Source of the DNA: Octopus sinensis | Taxonomy: Eukaryota | Direction: 5' to 3' | Length of the DNA: 64,000 bases | Assembly (NCBI RefSeq): GCF_006345805.1 | Contig: NC_043001.1 | Location: 102,362,001 to 102,426,000, forward strand | Shown: positions 39,196 through 52,859 of the stretch, in pieces | Layout: each line of letters begins with the position of its first letter | How positions within the stretch are numbered: the first letter of the stretch is position 1 | The notes under the pieces: generated by a model | The model's input: the letters and a program-made list of their open reading frames with translations, nothing else | What the model was told of the DNA's origin: nothing | The model's database searches: none | Made by a program: the position numbers and the translations under genes

Positions 39196-39964
39196 CTGGG
39201 AGAAGACGAGATTTAGACGAAAGTAAGAAAGGCAAGATTTGAGATGGAAAGGTTTGCGGTCGTGTGCATAAGTTTCTATGAGTGGAAGTTGGGAAAGATG
39301 GGTTAGAGAATTAAGCGACAGAAAGACCAGATTTGAGACGAGATGTTTTTTTTTTTGCGGTCGTGTGAATAAGTTTTTGTGACCGAAAGTTTATATGCTT
39401 CAGCTAGCATTTGAGACGAAGGATAACGATAATATATGGGGGACACAATAATAAGGCTTGATGGTGATAATAATACTTGCAAAAACAATGAAAGAGGGAC
39501 AGGTCGTGAACTTAAATATGACTTAGCTGATATTATTCATCATCCTGCGGTTCATAGTTCGTGTGTTATAGCCAAGAGGAAAGCAATAATAAGGGCGGTC
39601 AAGCCTCGTGCGTAGGGTTTTATAGGGGAGGGGGTGAGGAGGTGTGGGTAGAAGCCTGTGGCAGCGAGTGAAAGTGAAATATATAGAGAGAGAGGGAGAG
39701 AGAGAGAGAGACAGCGATAACAGAGGGAGAAAACGACACCGCAGAGAAAGAGAGAGAGAGAGGGAGGGAGAGAGACATGGTGATAACAGAGGGGCAAAAA
39801 CGACACCGGCCACTGGGAGAAGACGAGATTTAGACGAAAGTAAGAAAGGCAAGATTTGAGATGGAAAGGTTTGCGGTCGTGTGCATAAGTTTCTATGAGT
39901 GGAAGTTGGGAAAGATGGGTTAGAGAATTAAGCGACAGAAAGACCAGATTTGAGACGAGATGTT
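39194..39964. repeat. Perfect 154-bp direct repeat in the LINE 5' region
   Basis: cactgggagaagacgag...atttgagacgagatgtt at 39194-39347 and 39811-39964; I saw no mismatches. Confidence 0.95.
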
Positions 39965-41568
39965 AAACAGCCATGCGCAATGTGATATATATACACACAC
40001 ACACAAATATATACACATCCTCTTTGCAGTGTCTTCATAGAGGAGATTGGAGAGAGCTGATGTATTGTAGATGTGGAGCTTTGCTTTGTGAGAGGTAGAG
40101 CAGTGCCAACAGAGAGGCTTTCAAAGAGAGTGCATGACCCCAGCGGTCAGACCACATCTATGGTTGGTATAACTGTATGTTGGTTTATACCAGACAAATG
40201 AAAGGTGTGCTCAATACATATTGTAGAGGACATGGATAATTTTTTTATTGAGACTGAGAATTTGTTTTGACACTCAACTTTCAGTTTCAATATATATAAA
40301 GAAAACACCTACACATATATACACGTGTGTGCTTCATCATCCTCATTCGACATCTGTTTTCCATGCTGGTTTGGGGTGCATGGTGTGGCAGGAGCTGGCA
40401 AGCCAGAGAGCTATACGACAAGGTTTCTATGGTTGGATGGCCTTCCTAATGCCAGACACTTTAGAGAGTGTACTGGGTACTTTTTATGTGGCACCAGCAC
40501 ATAAGTATATACATTCATATATGTGTGTGTGTGTGTGGTGTGTGTGTGTATGCGTGCGTGTGTGTGTGTGTGCGTGTGCATCCATATATATATGTAATTT
40601 TATTTTGGAACCAATATATTTATTCATCTCTGCTTATCATTCAGTCACTCATATGTAAACAAACAGGAAAGATTGACTCCCCTATGTTTCGAACTTCTGT
40701 CTTTTAATATGGAACCCCTTACAATAAACAAATACCATGTTTAGTAGGAAAAGTATCCTCTAAAACGTATTAATACATTTCTGAGGTACATAGTTTTCAT
40801 TATATCTCCCAGTTTATATTTCCTGTTAATATTAAATCTCTAAAAATTTTCACCCTTTGAAATGTTAGCGTACATCTTTCAACTGTATAAATTTCAACAA
40901 AATTTATTCAAGGAGAGAATACGATTTGCCTGTAGCTTCCAGTTCCCTTCTCCCTGCATAAAAGCTGACTTTTATAATAGCACGTTCAACTCATGCTACC
41001 ATGATACTACTGAAACACACTGTGAGCTGCAAAGTGATCTTAACCCAACACAGCCATGCATGCACCTGTTATATATATATCCCTCTCTCTATATATATAT
41101 ATGGCTTGTCTCTTCTCTTCAAATCATCCAACCCATGCCAGTATGAAAAAAGAGAACATTTAATGATGGTGATGATACACACGCACACATCCAGATACCC
41201 CACTACACACATACATACACATATAAATAAAAATTTTCAGGATTCAAAAGAAGCAGGTATGTAAATAGTGGAAGCACCAGGGTTGAGTCGGAGAGAGTGA
41301 ACCTGTGTACCGACAATGTATGCAAATATATACATGCTTACTAAAACAAATGTGGATTTGTCCTTCCAGTTATGCATACATTCACAAGCAACTGACAGTA
41401 AACTCAAGATGTCATTGAAGTCATATAGGGTTACACTCACTGCATTTATTTCACTTCGAATATAGACTGAAAATCCAAACGTATGGAAGGTTCCAGGTTA
41501 GGTGAAGAATTGATAATAACGAAGATGGGTACAACCCATCCGTATTATTATTTACATATATATATACA

Positions 41569-41820
41569 TCTCTTATTATAAAAGGCAGATTTTATCTGCC
41601 TCCCTTTGTCTCTTATAGAAATCTAGAATATAGGATTTCTTCAATTACAATTTACCTAGCATTTTTAAGAGCAGAATGCATCGGGTCGTGCCAGGTCCGG
41701 TTTTTAAAATTTCAACCCCAATTAAGCAAAATTTAGAGAAAACTCACATTGTGGTGTCTAAGTCAAGTGTTTTCTTAGTGTGGGCTATAGCATACCGACA
41801 CACACACACACACACACATA
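41569..41820 (+). mobile_element. Helitron-like non-autonomous element (family B), 5' part
   Basis: A|TCTCTTATTATAAAAGGCAGATTTTATCTGCC...; homologous to 19790-20095 up to the CA tract. Confidence 0.55.
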
Positions 41821-41849
41821 CAAAAAGGGAGCGATCTGATTCACTCACG

Positions 41850-42570
41850 CTATCACTCTAATTTTTACGACTTTCTCTTTGCAAGTGTGCAACGATTAAA
41901 GTGAAAACAGTGAATCCGAGAGCTCCGACAGCGATAAAGAAAATGAATTAGCACCTGAATGGAGTGAAAATTTAAAAACTGTTTCTTTCGGTGATTTTTC
42001 TGAAGAAACTGGACCAAGCCACAGACTTTCCCAGAAGAGTAAAGCCTTAGACTATTTCTTTTTACTTTTTCGAATGAGCCTATTTGAAATCGTTACGGCG
42101 GAAACGAACCGTTACGCTAAACGTAAACAAAGCGAAAGAAAGGATAGTTTGTTATTTCCCACAACCTTAAATGAAATTAAGGCCTATTTTGCCATAAATA
42201 TTATTATGGGTATCAGAAAGTTACCCAGAATAACAAATTCTATCGTAAAATTTTGTTGTATACCCAATTGAATATTAGCTAATAATCCATTTTCTATAGC
42301 GATGTTTGAACAAAATTTTAATAATTTTATATATTGTTGAATTTACCTGTATCTACCTGCAATTAGAGTCACTTTGTGACAAAAATTATAGTATAGAATT
42401 GGTTGAGAACATTTCATTAAATGATCTTCCAAAATTCATGATAATATATTGATAAATAAAAAAGTTATAGTTGTTTAATGAAACCAGACTAAATTTATGA
42501 TTACGTTAGAAATTAATTGAAACACATAAGGGGTGTATTTTGGTCAGATATATAGTAACGAAAGGGTTAA
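41850..42570 (+). mobile_element. piggyBac remnant (transposase N-terminus plus right end)
   Basis: Acidic stretch SESESSDSDKENE, then LFEIVTAETNRYAK...PTTLNEIKAYFAINIIMGIRKLP (ORF 42074-42271), typical of piggyBac transposases; right end AAAGGG|TTAA at 42561-42570; left TIR not found. Confidence 0.75.
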
Positions 42571-42678
42571 GAAAAACAAAAAAATATTTTATTCTTTATA
42601 AATGTTGTGTTCAAAATAACATTTTCTTTTAAGAATGTGTATATAACAAAGTATGTGTATATAACTACGTGGCTTATA

Positions 42679-43076
42679 TCTTTATATATAAAAGTGAAGT
42701 TGTGTGTCTGTCTCCTACGATTTAGATTCGTAACTACTCCCACATTTTGCGGTGCAGTTTAACCAAAAGCAGGTATCTTATAGTCGTGATTCACATCGAG
42801 CCCTTCAGGGTATTAGTGCGTGTCTACAATGAGTCCACGATTTAAAAAAAATTTACCATCATATTTTTCCATTTTAATGCATTTTTTTCGCTATTATATA
42901 AGGGAAGTAACTCTCTAAAAAATCTACGATGTGTCAACGATTTAAAAAAAAAATTTACCTGAATTTTTTTTCCATTTTTAATGCATTTTTTTGCTATTTC
43001 TTGGCTACAACTCTCTAAAAATGCTTATATAGTTATTTCCCTTACAAACCCGAGCAACGCCGGGCGATACTGCTAG
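42679..43076 (+). mobile_element. Non-autonomous Helitron (family A)
   Basis: A|TCTTTATATATAAAAGTG ... CCCGAGCAACGCCGGG hairpin ... CTGCTAG|T. Confidence 0.8.
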
Positions 43077-45902
43077 TATTATATATATATATATGTTTGC
43101 CACCACAACCTCTTTTAGGCTTAGCAGCCCTTCTTATTGGTTTTCACTGTCCTGCTTGTGTTACCAATTTTGACCCTCTGCAAAATCCCAAATTTTATTT
43201 GATTTGCTTTGTGGAAGCAAATGTTTTATCGAAAGCATATATTGTTGTTAAATGCTCAAAATATGAGACTAGAGAAACAGCCAGCAACTGCTGAAGGGTC
43301 GTTCTTTATGTTGTTTGTTTTGTTTTCCATTTGTGTCTTTCGTTGTCTGAAGGAATGGTTCATGTTCCATGTACTTGTGCTTCGTATTTTTTTTTGCTTT
43401 GTACACATTTCATGATATCCTGTGCCCATACATGCATATATATATATACATATAGATGTAAGTTTATACATATATGTATGTGCATATGCATATATATATA
43501 TATTTAAAAAAACATATATCAGAAAAGAAACACACTCTAAAGAATAGAGCATAATTATTATTACAACAAAAATTTTGTTGTAATAGGTTTCGTATCCCCA
43601 TAGAGTCTGTTGAGCTGTCCACAAGGCTTTGCCTGAGGATACAGAACTTTTGGTAACTATGCCCAAAATTTATATTTTTGTTGTAATAATAACAATATAT
43701 ATATATATGTACACACACACACACATACATACATAGGGCCTTTTCCAGTTTCTACCTACCAAATTTATTCTCAAGGTATTGTTTGACCTTGGGCTATTTT
43801 CTAAAATACGTATACAAGGTGCTGCATTGTGGAATAGAACCTGAAACTATGGAGTTGCAAAGTGTGTGAGTGCGAATGTGTGTGTGTGCATGTGCACACG
43901 TATGTAGATGAGTGTCTGCAAACAATATTAAAATCACAATGTGTAGACACAGCGGTACACTAATGTTTTTCAGCATATATTTACGAGGTAGTATATAGTG
44001 CAATTCAAATAACCTCAGACAACATCGCCAAGATATAGAGAAAGTTTCCAATAACTCCCAAGGGAGAACCAATGAAAATAAGACAATTTCTATCTAAAAA
44101 TCTTCAAAGATTCTATCAGACACAACACAAAGCATTGCCTAGTGTTGTTGTTGCTGTTTGTTCTGCTAGCTACAGCCAAGGTAGTGGTGATGGTGGAGCT
44201 TTTCATTTCAGAAGAAGATACTCTAACACAAGAATATAAACCCGGTAGCAAAATCAAGAAACTATGCAAAATGTAGAAATAGAAAATAGATGTACATATA
44301 ATTATATGCCCCCAGCTTGCTGCCCGTCATCATCATCATCATCATTTTACTTCTGTTCCTGTACTGGCAGGAGTTTTACTGGTTGCAAGTCTGTGTCAGT
44401 TTATATTCAGAGTTACCACCTTCCAAAGGATGAAACTTCACTCATATGTCCCATTCTGGGCATGGTTTCTACAGCTGGATGCCCCTGCTAACACCAACTT
44501 CTTCAGAGTGTACTGGATACATTTTATCCTAGAATCAACACCAGGGAGGTTGCCGGGTGACCTAAGCTTCCATTAAGTCAACAGAAAGACTACACTAAAG
44601 AACTTTGTCGTTGTTATTGAATGTCTGTTTTCCATGCTGGCATGAGTTGGACGTTTGAGAGAAACTGGTGAGGCTGAGATAGGTCCATCGTCTGTGTTGG
44701 CATGGCTGGATGCCCTTCCTAATGCTGACCATTTCACAGAGTGTACTAGGTGCTTTTTATGTGACACCATCACCAGTGCTTTTTACATGTCACAATCACC
44801 AGTGCTTTTTATGTGGCACCAGAGCCAACACGTACCCAAAATGCTGAGCAGTAAAACTGCAGAGTAATTGCAACCTCAAGTACATGCTGCATCAAAGAAA
44901 CCAAAGAACAAAAGAAATAAGGAGAAAGAAAAGAACGCACTCAGCACCAGAGCTGAAGACACCTCCGAAAGGGAGGGAGGGCACCACGTTGAAAATGGTA
45001 GAGGAGTAGGGACCAAAACCAGACGTGGTTCCTCCTGATGATGTCTTTAGCCACTGGATCTTAAAAATGTGGTTGGAATTCCTCCTATACGAACCTTTTT
45101 GCTCATTACTTATTTGTGACAAAGAGTATGAATTATTGAATTCAAATAAACCTCAAATTGGAAATTGCATCAATGCGAGAAAGATGTTTCTAAACACAGT
45201 GCACCAAGTATTTGAGGACAAATTTAGTGGGTGACAAGTAGATGAAGGCGAAACATAATATCACACAGTATAAACCATTCCCTTCATATCTCTTTTAGAT
45301 AGACAACATCAACATTTAGTGAAATGGCATGTTGTGAATCTAGTCACCAACAATGTCAACAGCCAACAGTTACTCATCAGCCTTTTGAATATGGTTGGGT
45401 TCTTCTTGTTTAGGTTTGAGAAAGAGATGTCATGTGAGGCCAGGATGAGTTAGTTTGTCTAGCAGATCTAGGAGATCTACAGCAACCCCAATGGATCATT
45501 GAGGGTCAACATGTGCAAATCTTAACTAGATCTTAAAGATCTGCCTAACCCATAAATCTCTGCCTCTGTCTAAAAGATCTATCAAACCAACAACATGTAA
45601 CTCCAAAATTATATTCCTACACACAAATTCATCAATAAGCTGTTAAATATTGGAATTGTGAGTTTCTGATTCACATGAGCTCATCACGTGTTTTGGAAGA
45701 CATTTTTAAACACTAAATTCTACAAGTATGGTTTCAACTATCAGCCAAAATTAGGTGTTTGATACTGTTCTGCAAATTGATATTTAATGTAAATAAGGAA
45801 AGAATTCACTGCATTGCCAATATAAACAGAATCAATCTGTATAAGAGTGTATGTCTGCACATATGTGTGCATGTATATATAAGTGTGTGTGTGTGTGTAT
45901 AT

Positions 45903-46320
45903 ACACAAGGAGGTACCCAAGAGTAATTGGAAATATTTTCTGTGGGACAAGCCCATTGTAGGTCAGGCTTCCATCACTTGAAACCACTTGATGCAACCCT
46001 CAGGCATCAGCCTGCCAACTGGCATCATCAAGTGGTGTCATACTACTACATGGTGTGTCTTTGTTTTGCAGGGCTTCTCCCTTGTTCATTGATTTTTGCG
46101 ATGGCTGAAACGAAGGAACAACATGCTTCCATGAAATTCTGTTTTCTGCCAGGGAAAAATGGCTTGGGAAACAGTTGTCATGCTTCAAACAGCTTCCATG
46201 GATGCTGCCATGAGCAAAACACAAATTTACAAGTGATTTTCATACTTTAAAGATGGTCACTTGTTGCTTGAATACAAACCTTGTTCAGGGCAACTGTCGA
46301 CCTCCTGAACAAATGAAAAC
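45903..46320 (+). mobile_element. Mariner 5' fragment
   Basis: MAETKEQHASMKFCFLPGKN..ETVVMLQTA..MSKTQIYK*FSYFKDG..KPCSGQLSTS*TNEN resembles the mariner N-terminal HTH region. Confidence 0.7.
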
Positions 46321-47099
46321 ATGTAAATAAGGAAAGAATTTACTGCATTGCCAATATAAACAGAATCACTCAACCTTTATCTTGTTTCTTCACATATTTC
46401 CTCCACATTTCACATTTCCAAGATGTTTCTCTATGCCTTGATCCTCCTTTTCTCTTTTACCTTCCTTTCTTAACTGGCTCCTATTAACCCCTCCAACATA
46501 TCTCTAGTCTCTCTCTCTCAATTTGATACCTCGTCTCATCTCTTGTCCCACACCTCATATTATCACTCACACTCCAACCTCTCTCATTTTTACCCTTCGC
46601 CCTCACTTCTCTCCCAGATACTTCTTAGTTAGTTCTAGCATTAAGATTATAGGCTGTAACCAACAGCCTTAACAGTGAAGGCAATCTATCTAGGAGGGGC
46701 TAGAACTTTAAATAAAAACTGATTTAGTCTTGACAGACAACCCCTTTAGATGCTGGTAGCACAATAAAATGTACCCAGCCCGCACAGTTTCAAAGTGGCT
46801 AGTGATTGATTGGACAGATAACCTGTAAAACAATGCCAAACATATGAAATATTCCAATACACTGATAGATCTAACTGCATGCACAGGACTAGTATTTACC
46901 ATACAAGTGCTGCATATGGTAGTGAGATGGTTAGGCAAGAACATGTGACCATTTACAAGAACCCCTTGTCGTAAAATGACAGTGCACTTCCTTTCAAATG
47001 CAGAGCACAGACCTTAAGGACCAACATATTCAACACAAGAGATTCAACATTGCAATTACTGGTGTTGATTTTTTGAAAATTAGATCTGGTGTGATTATA

Positions 47100-48370
47100 G
47101 AGATGATAGATCAGAGATAAGTAGATGAATGCAAGAGGTGAGAGAGAGAGAGTTGTCTCAGTCAGATTCATAACAAGCAAGGAACACTGGTACAATTTTT
47201 TTCTAGATAGGGTAACAACACTGGTTTAGATGGAGCAGTCTTGTTAGTGATGGTGAAATGAACAAATAACATAGTATACTTAAAATTAGATTAGTTGCAA
47301 GGCAAAGTACTAATAGCTGTCATATCTGCTTAAGGGACAGTCTGATGAACAAAAGGATTCTTTCTATTGAGAACCATCTTAATAAAGTGGTTGGCATTAA
47401 GAAAGGCGTCCAGCCATGCCAAAGCAGACAGTGGAGCTCCGCACAGTCCACTGGCTTGCAAGCTTCTGTCAAGCTATCCAACCCATTCCAGCATGGAAAA
47501 TGGATGTTAAATGATGATGATGATGATGATGATGATGAGTATCTTTTTTGCCAATATGGCAAGTGAGAGGTACATGACTCTACACTTGGAACGGTATTGA
47601 TGATCCTGCACTGAAGGAATTAAGATCAAATACAGATCAGTTTATCAAATAGTACCAGCCCAGCCCCACTGATGTGATGGGTGCTGGTGTGTCATAAAGC
47701 CTTCAAGAGGAAAGCCCTGAAATGGTGCAAATTCTTTTCTGATAGCTATCAGTGTAGTAGTAAAATGACTTTCTTTCAATGCTTGACATGCTCTGTAGAA
47801 GTAGTAGTTAGCTTCTATTACCTGGGCAGCCAAATCAGTAGTGGAAAAGAGTACTCTGAATGCATCATAGCTAGAATAAGAATAGGGTAATGCAGGAAGT
47901 TATTACCTCTGCTGGCAATGTGGCGATTCTTTTTTTGAATGGAAAGTAGATTCTGTGTACCTTGCTAATGAAACATGAAGCTCCGTGGCAGTGGGACAAG
48001 ATTACTGAATACAGGAGAATGGGTGAAGGCTGCACAGATACAAAGCAAGCAGGCTCTGTTGGTTGTAAGTATGTATGGGTGGAATGATACTGAAGAACTG
48101 AGAGATGAACTGGGTGTAGGAACAGTGAGTTGCAGTGTGCAAGAATGAAGGCTGCATAGGGTGTGTGATGTGTATGGAAAATAACAGGTAAAGAAGTACC
48201 AGGATATCCAAGTGGAAAGGAGCTATGAAAGAAGAAGACCAAGGAAAACATGGGCAGAAATGGTAAACGCTAATCTCAAGATGGTGAACTTTACAAAAGA
48301 GATGATAAAGGAATGCAACAAATGATGAATGCTATGTTGGAAAGAAGCAGTTCAACCCATGAATAGGAGC
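47100..48370 (+). mobile_element. Old, internally deleted RTE LINE copy
   Basis: Endonuclease-like remnant near 47200-47290 (..ILKIRLV) and C-terminal RT region VEVVVSFYYLGSQISSG..SECIIARIRIG (ORF 47681-47890) through RRRPRKTW; interrupted by an RTE 3' fragment at ~47390-47540. Confidence 0.7.
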
Positions 48371-49129
48371 ACATAGACATGTTGATAATGACACTACATA
48401 CAAGCACACGTGTATCTAAGAATAAGGTGCTTCATGGTAATCAGGCGATCAAGATGAAATTCAAACAATGATGTTAACAGAATAGATTATGAAAATATAG
48501 CTGCAACCTGTTGCAGAAAGTGCATCAACAGGCAAAATTCTAGTAGAGCAATATATTGAGTTAACACCAATGGATGTTATATCAATGTTAGCATTAAGAA
48601 AAATAAAGGAAAAAACAAAAAATGAAATACCACAATTACAACAATTTCTATGAAATATTATATAAACAAATGCTACAGTCGACATGCATCAACTGTTGGT
48701 CTGTTACACAATTGGAAGGAATATTTGCTGCATTATAAGCTAACAAGTTAATGGTAGAATATAGAAGTACAATAGTTCTCTGAATATACTGTGCAAATTG
48801 AATGTATTTTTTCTGTAACTACACAGTCAATATTTGAATATAATAAAGCTAGCTACCACTATGTGGTCATTCAGTCACAGAGTAAATAGTTTTAAACTTA
48901 TATCTCTCTCAAGTCACAGCTTAACTTAATAAATTCAAAATTAAAAAAAGGCAGGAAGTGGGACATCAGATGATGTAGTTCTAGACATACTCTTTCCCAA
49001 AAAAGATGTCAGAGCAGGAATTGTTTTGGTTTGTAGGGTTACTTGATCATGGTTGGGCTGCTGCTTCTGATTCCTTAAAGTATAATCTATGACAGCCTTC
49101 CACGTCTTTTCTCAGTTCTTTGTATTTTC

Positions 49130-50030
49130 ATTGAACATTGCAAGGTCATTTTGAGCTTCAGGGATTGGGTAGTAGAGGACAAACAAGGCAGTGCTCCAGA
49201 GTATGGTCTGCTTCACATTCACGGGTAGTCAGGCTGAATTTGCAACACCATCTCACCAAGGCAACTTCTGAATATCTTTCTCTCATTCTCAGGCAATTGA
49301 GTATCACACACTGGACCCATGGTGCTTCTGAGCCAGGTGGGACGAGCACTTCTGCAATGCGAATTCTCATGTCAATTGGAGGGTGGTTGTTCTGAAGCTT
49401 TTCCATTCAGGGTTGGAGTCCAGTTTTTTCATGAGATGTTATTAGGGTCTGGTAATGGTTGAGGAAGCTTCTTCTTAACCTCAGTCACAAGACCAGGATG
49501 AAATGAGGTGGGGGAGATGACATCCATGGAGCAGGTAGCATTCATCACTCTTAATCTCTACTCGACAGGCCACTTCCTGTTCGATATCAGCAGGGGTAAT
49601 GCCAGTGAGTAGGTGCAGGTTGTGTTGAAGGGTTTACTACTACAAGTGATCAGGCAACAGGAGTTGTTCAATGCTGGGTCAAGTCTTTAGATATGGGGTG
49701 ATCTCCTCCACACAATAATCCACAGAGAAAGCCAAAGCAGTAGATTTTAATGGCTGTGATGCAGCTCCCCATTTGGAGTTACCCAGTTTCCATAGGGTGT
49801 TGTTTCAGGAACCGACTTTCAATCTGGTGTTTCTGATGTGCTCCTTGAAGGAGAAAATGCAGTCTAAAGTTGCACCAATGGGTAGGTACCAGTCTGCAGT
49901 GGTACTCCAGACTATTTCATGTTATGCAGTGAGATGGAACAAGCAGGGTTGACATGAAGATGGTTGTATTGGTAATAGAAGAATGGTTCATTTGGGGCTG
50001 AGATAAACTTTACTTCTACTGAATCAAATG
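49130..50030 (-). mobile_element. Decayed Ingi/Vingi-like LINE 3' portion
   Basis: Minus strand shows KLGNSKWGAA...STALAF and VPPGSEAPWVQCVILNCLR...RW...CEADHTLEHCLVCP (ORF 49158-49406), resembling the post-RT and Cys/His region of Ingi-group LINEs. Confidence 0.6.
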
Positions 50031-50255
50031 GACCTTCACAGAATCTTAAATAACGGTTGTCAGTTTATATTTTAAGGTCCAGTGGCTAGCTGTTGGAATA
50101 GATTTTATATAATAGTGAAGCCAGCACACTACCTTAAGGAAAACTGTTTGATAGCCATTGCCATTGTAGTTGCAGGTGGGCCTCCTCAGTCTCCTGGCAA
50201 CCAATACTTTTAGACCCAGTCCGCCACTGTCTAATTTAGAACACTTGTGGGTGTG

Positions 50256-50296
<41 letters not shown>

Positions 50297-52859
50297 GGCA
50301 GGGGTGTAAAAACAAATTTTAAAAGAACTAAATAAAGAAAAGAAAATTTGGTGGTTTGCTATGTTTGATAAAGGAAATGACAGTAGTAAGGAAGAAATAA
50401 GAAGGAAATAAATGTTACATCAATTGACATAACATAGATTTTATTTTGTAATAAGAATTGACATGATGTATATACGTTATAATTGTGCCTTGTGATCAGA
50501 TGTTTCACTATGGCCCTCCACGACAACGTTATGGACCAAATCTACAACATGGTAGAATCTATCGGCAGTAACATTGGCAGATCATCACAGCCGCTGCCGC
50601 CAACAACAACAACAATTTCCCCCTTATATACTTTATGTACAACTAATGGACAGAATTACAATGTAGTAAGTATACCTCGGCGGCAAGTCACATCACTTGA
50701 GATTTCTATCAGAATATCTCTGCAATGAGCTGCTGCTGTCACAGTTGGGAGGAGAGAGAGAAATGAAGAAGACAAGTTATGTTTGAAAATACAATTTAGT
50801 TAAACCCATTTTCTGGTTCTTTTACCCACTTCCAATACATTACTCAATAATCACAGTTATTGATGAAACCTGCAAAGTACATCATCAAAATGAAGTATAT
50901 GTAATTAAGCCCTGTCTTTAATAGCTTTTCTTAGAATTCTTTAAAATTATTCCATCATCTTCATTTTAACATCCAATAAATTCCCATTTTCATTTTTTAG
51001 CTTGTTGTTTTTGGGTATGCATGCGTGTATGTATGCCTGATCGTGTATGCATGTATATAAGGAAGGCATAGGAAGTCTTCGTCCCTTATATTTTCGTGTT
51101 TTATATTCTCCATTAATGAATCACTCCTAAGGCTATTTTAAGATCAAATTTCTTACATGTTTGCATTCTCTCCTCAAGTAAGTGCTATCATCTTACCAAT
51201 GTTCAAAATGATTTCTTAAAAAGTAAATTCAAACAACAAAAAAACATGAAAGTGGGATCTTATTTATAAAAAGAAGAAACTTAATACTTTTTTTAATTAA
51301 ACAATAGTTTTATAAATCTCAAATAATAATAGATCATAGTTGAGTGGCTCACATCTTGGTGGTTTGGTTGGCTTATTAACATTCGCCAACCGAGTGATCG
51401 AGTAGGTTATGACATGAAACTTGCCAGTCAAATGTATACGGAACACACACTCAGGTCTGAATATATTTCTGGCAGGTCAACATCAGCAGGAACTTCACAG
51501 CAGTCGTCGTGTGTCGGGGACTATGTGACTGTGACTTTAGAATATAGAACAATGGGTCTTATTCATCATCTTTTAGTGATCCCGTTCAAATATTTGTAAA
51601 AGCTAATGAACCCAAATAAATTTGACGACTCAATAATTAGAGAAATACAATAGATTGCATGCGCGCACACACACACACACTGACGGTCATTATTATCTGC
51701 AGTTCTAAATATTCAAAAAAATAAGTAACTGTGATGTAAATATATTTTTAAACAATAAACATAAACAGAACCCATTACTGCATAACAAACATTTGTGAAC
51801 TTGATGCATTATATGGGGAGAAAAAAAAATAATGAATTAAATTAAATTTCTATAATTTAATGGTTAAACTGAATTTAATAATAATTTATTAATTCTTCAA
51901 TATCAGGTTCAATGTTTGACAATTGAAGGCTCAAGTTTCCTCTGTCTCTTATTTTTAGTGTATTTCACTGCTTAGTAAATTTGATTCTGAATCTTCCTTT
52001 CACAAAACATGAAGATGGAAAATCAATAAGAACTTTATTTCTAGCTAAAATTCAGGACGCTTGTTTTTGCTCAACCACATGGTGCTGGGTTCAGTCCCAC
52101 TGTGTGACACCTTGGGTAAGTGTCTTCTACTACAGCCTCGGGCCACCGAAAGCCTTGTTAGTGGGTTTGGTTTGGTTTGGTCAACAGAAGCTCGTCATAT
52201 GTGTGTGTGTTTGTTTGCCCCCCACTGCTTGACAACAGGTGTTGGTGTGTTTATGTCCCCATGCCTTAGCGGTTTGGCAAAAGCAGCTAAGAGAACAAGT
52301 ACTAGGGTTTAAAATATATATATATATATATGTGTGTGTGTGTACATCATATGGTTGGTTAATTTTCCTAGAAATTCTCCAGGGTGGTGCCTCATCATGG
52401 CCCCAGTCTAATGACTGAAACAAGAGACAAAAGATAAAATGCTTCACATTCATTTTTGATGGAACTGTAAATAAACTTCTAAGTTGTTTTCTAATTCTTC
52501 AAGAAGGCCTGCATGAGCAAACTGTGCATTGGGGTTAAAAAAATAAAAAATAAAATAAAATATAAAAAAAGCAGATTTCTGATCTATTAGAGTATTTTCA
52601 ATTCAAATCTGGAAATCATACCATATTTCAGTGCTTGAAGATGTGAACAATAAAATTCTTGGTATCAGAACTATGGATATCAAATCACTATTGTTCTCTT
52701 GTTTTATTATTTGTAAAGTAGGAAACTTTAGAAAATCGCATTTTGTGCATTTGCTGCTAAAAGAATTCATAATTTCCTTTGTTTTAATAAGTTCCTACTG
52801 TTTCCTTGCAATTTGATATTCCTCACATTTAATTTGTTGAAGATGTCAGAAAGCTAAGT

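Larger units (their letters stand above)
33828..39964 (-). mobile_element. Near full-length RTE-clade LINE (disabled)
   Basis: APE endonuclease motifs (VGTLN, MQEIRW, SAYAPQ, AGDFNGH, SQIDYIL) and RT motifs (MQFGF, LEKAFDRV, GVHQGSVLSP, YADD); (ATG)n tail at 33828-33850; flanked by (AT)n. The 5' boundary may extend to ~39984. Confidence 0.95.

Noticed and set aside
39790-39815. GGCCGGT... at the RTE 5' region as a possible HDV-like ribozyme
   Set aside because: HDV-like ribozymes are known at some RTE 5' ends, but I found no complementary P1 3' strand or nested pseudoknot here.
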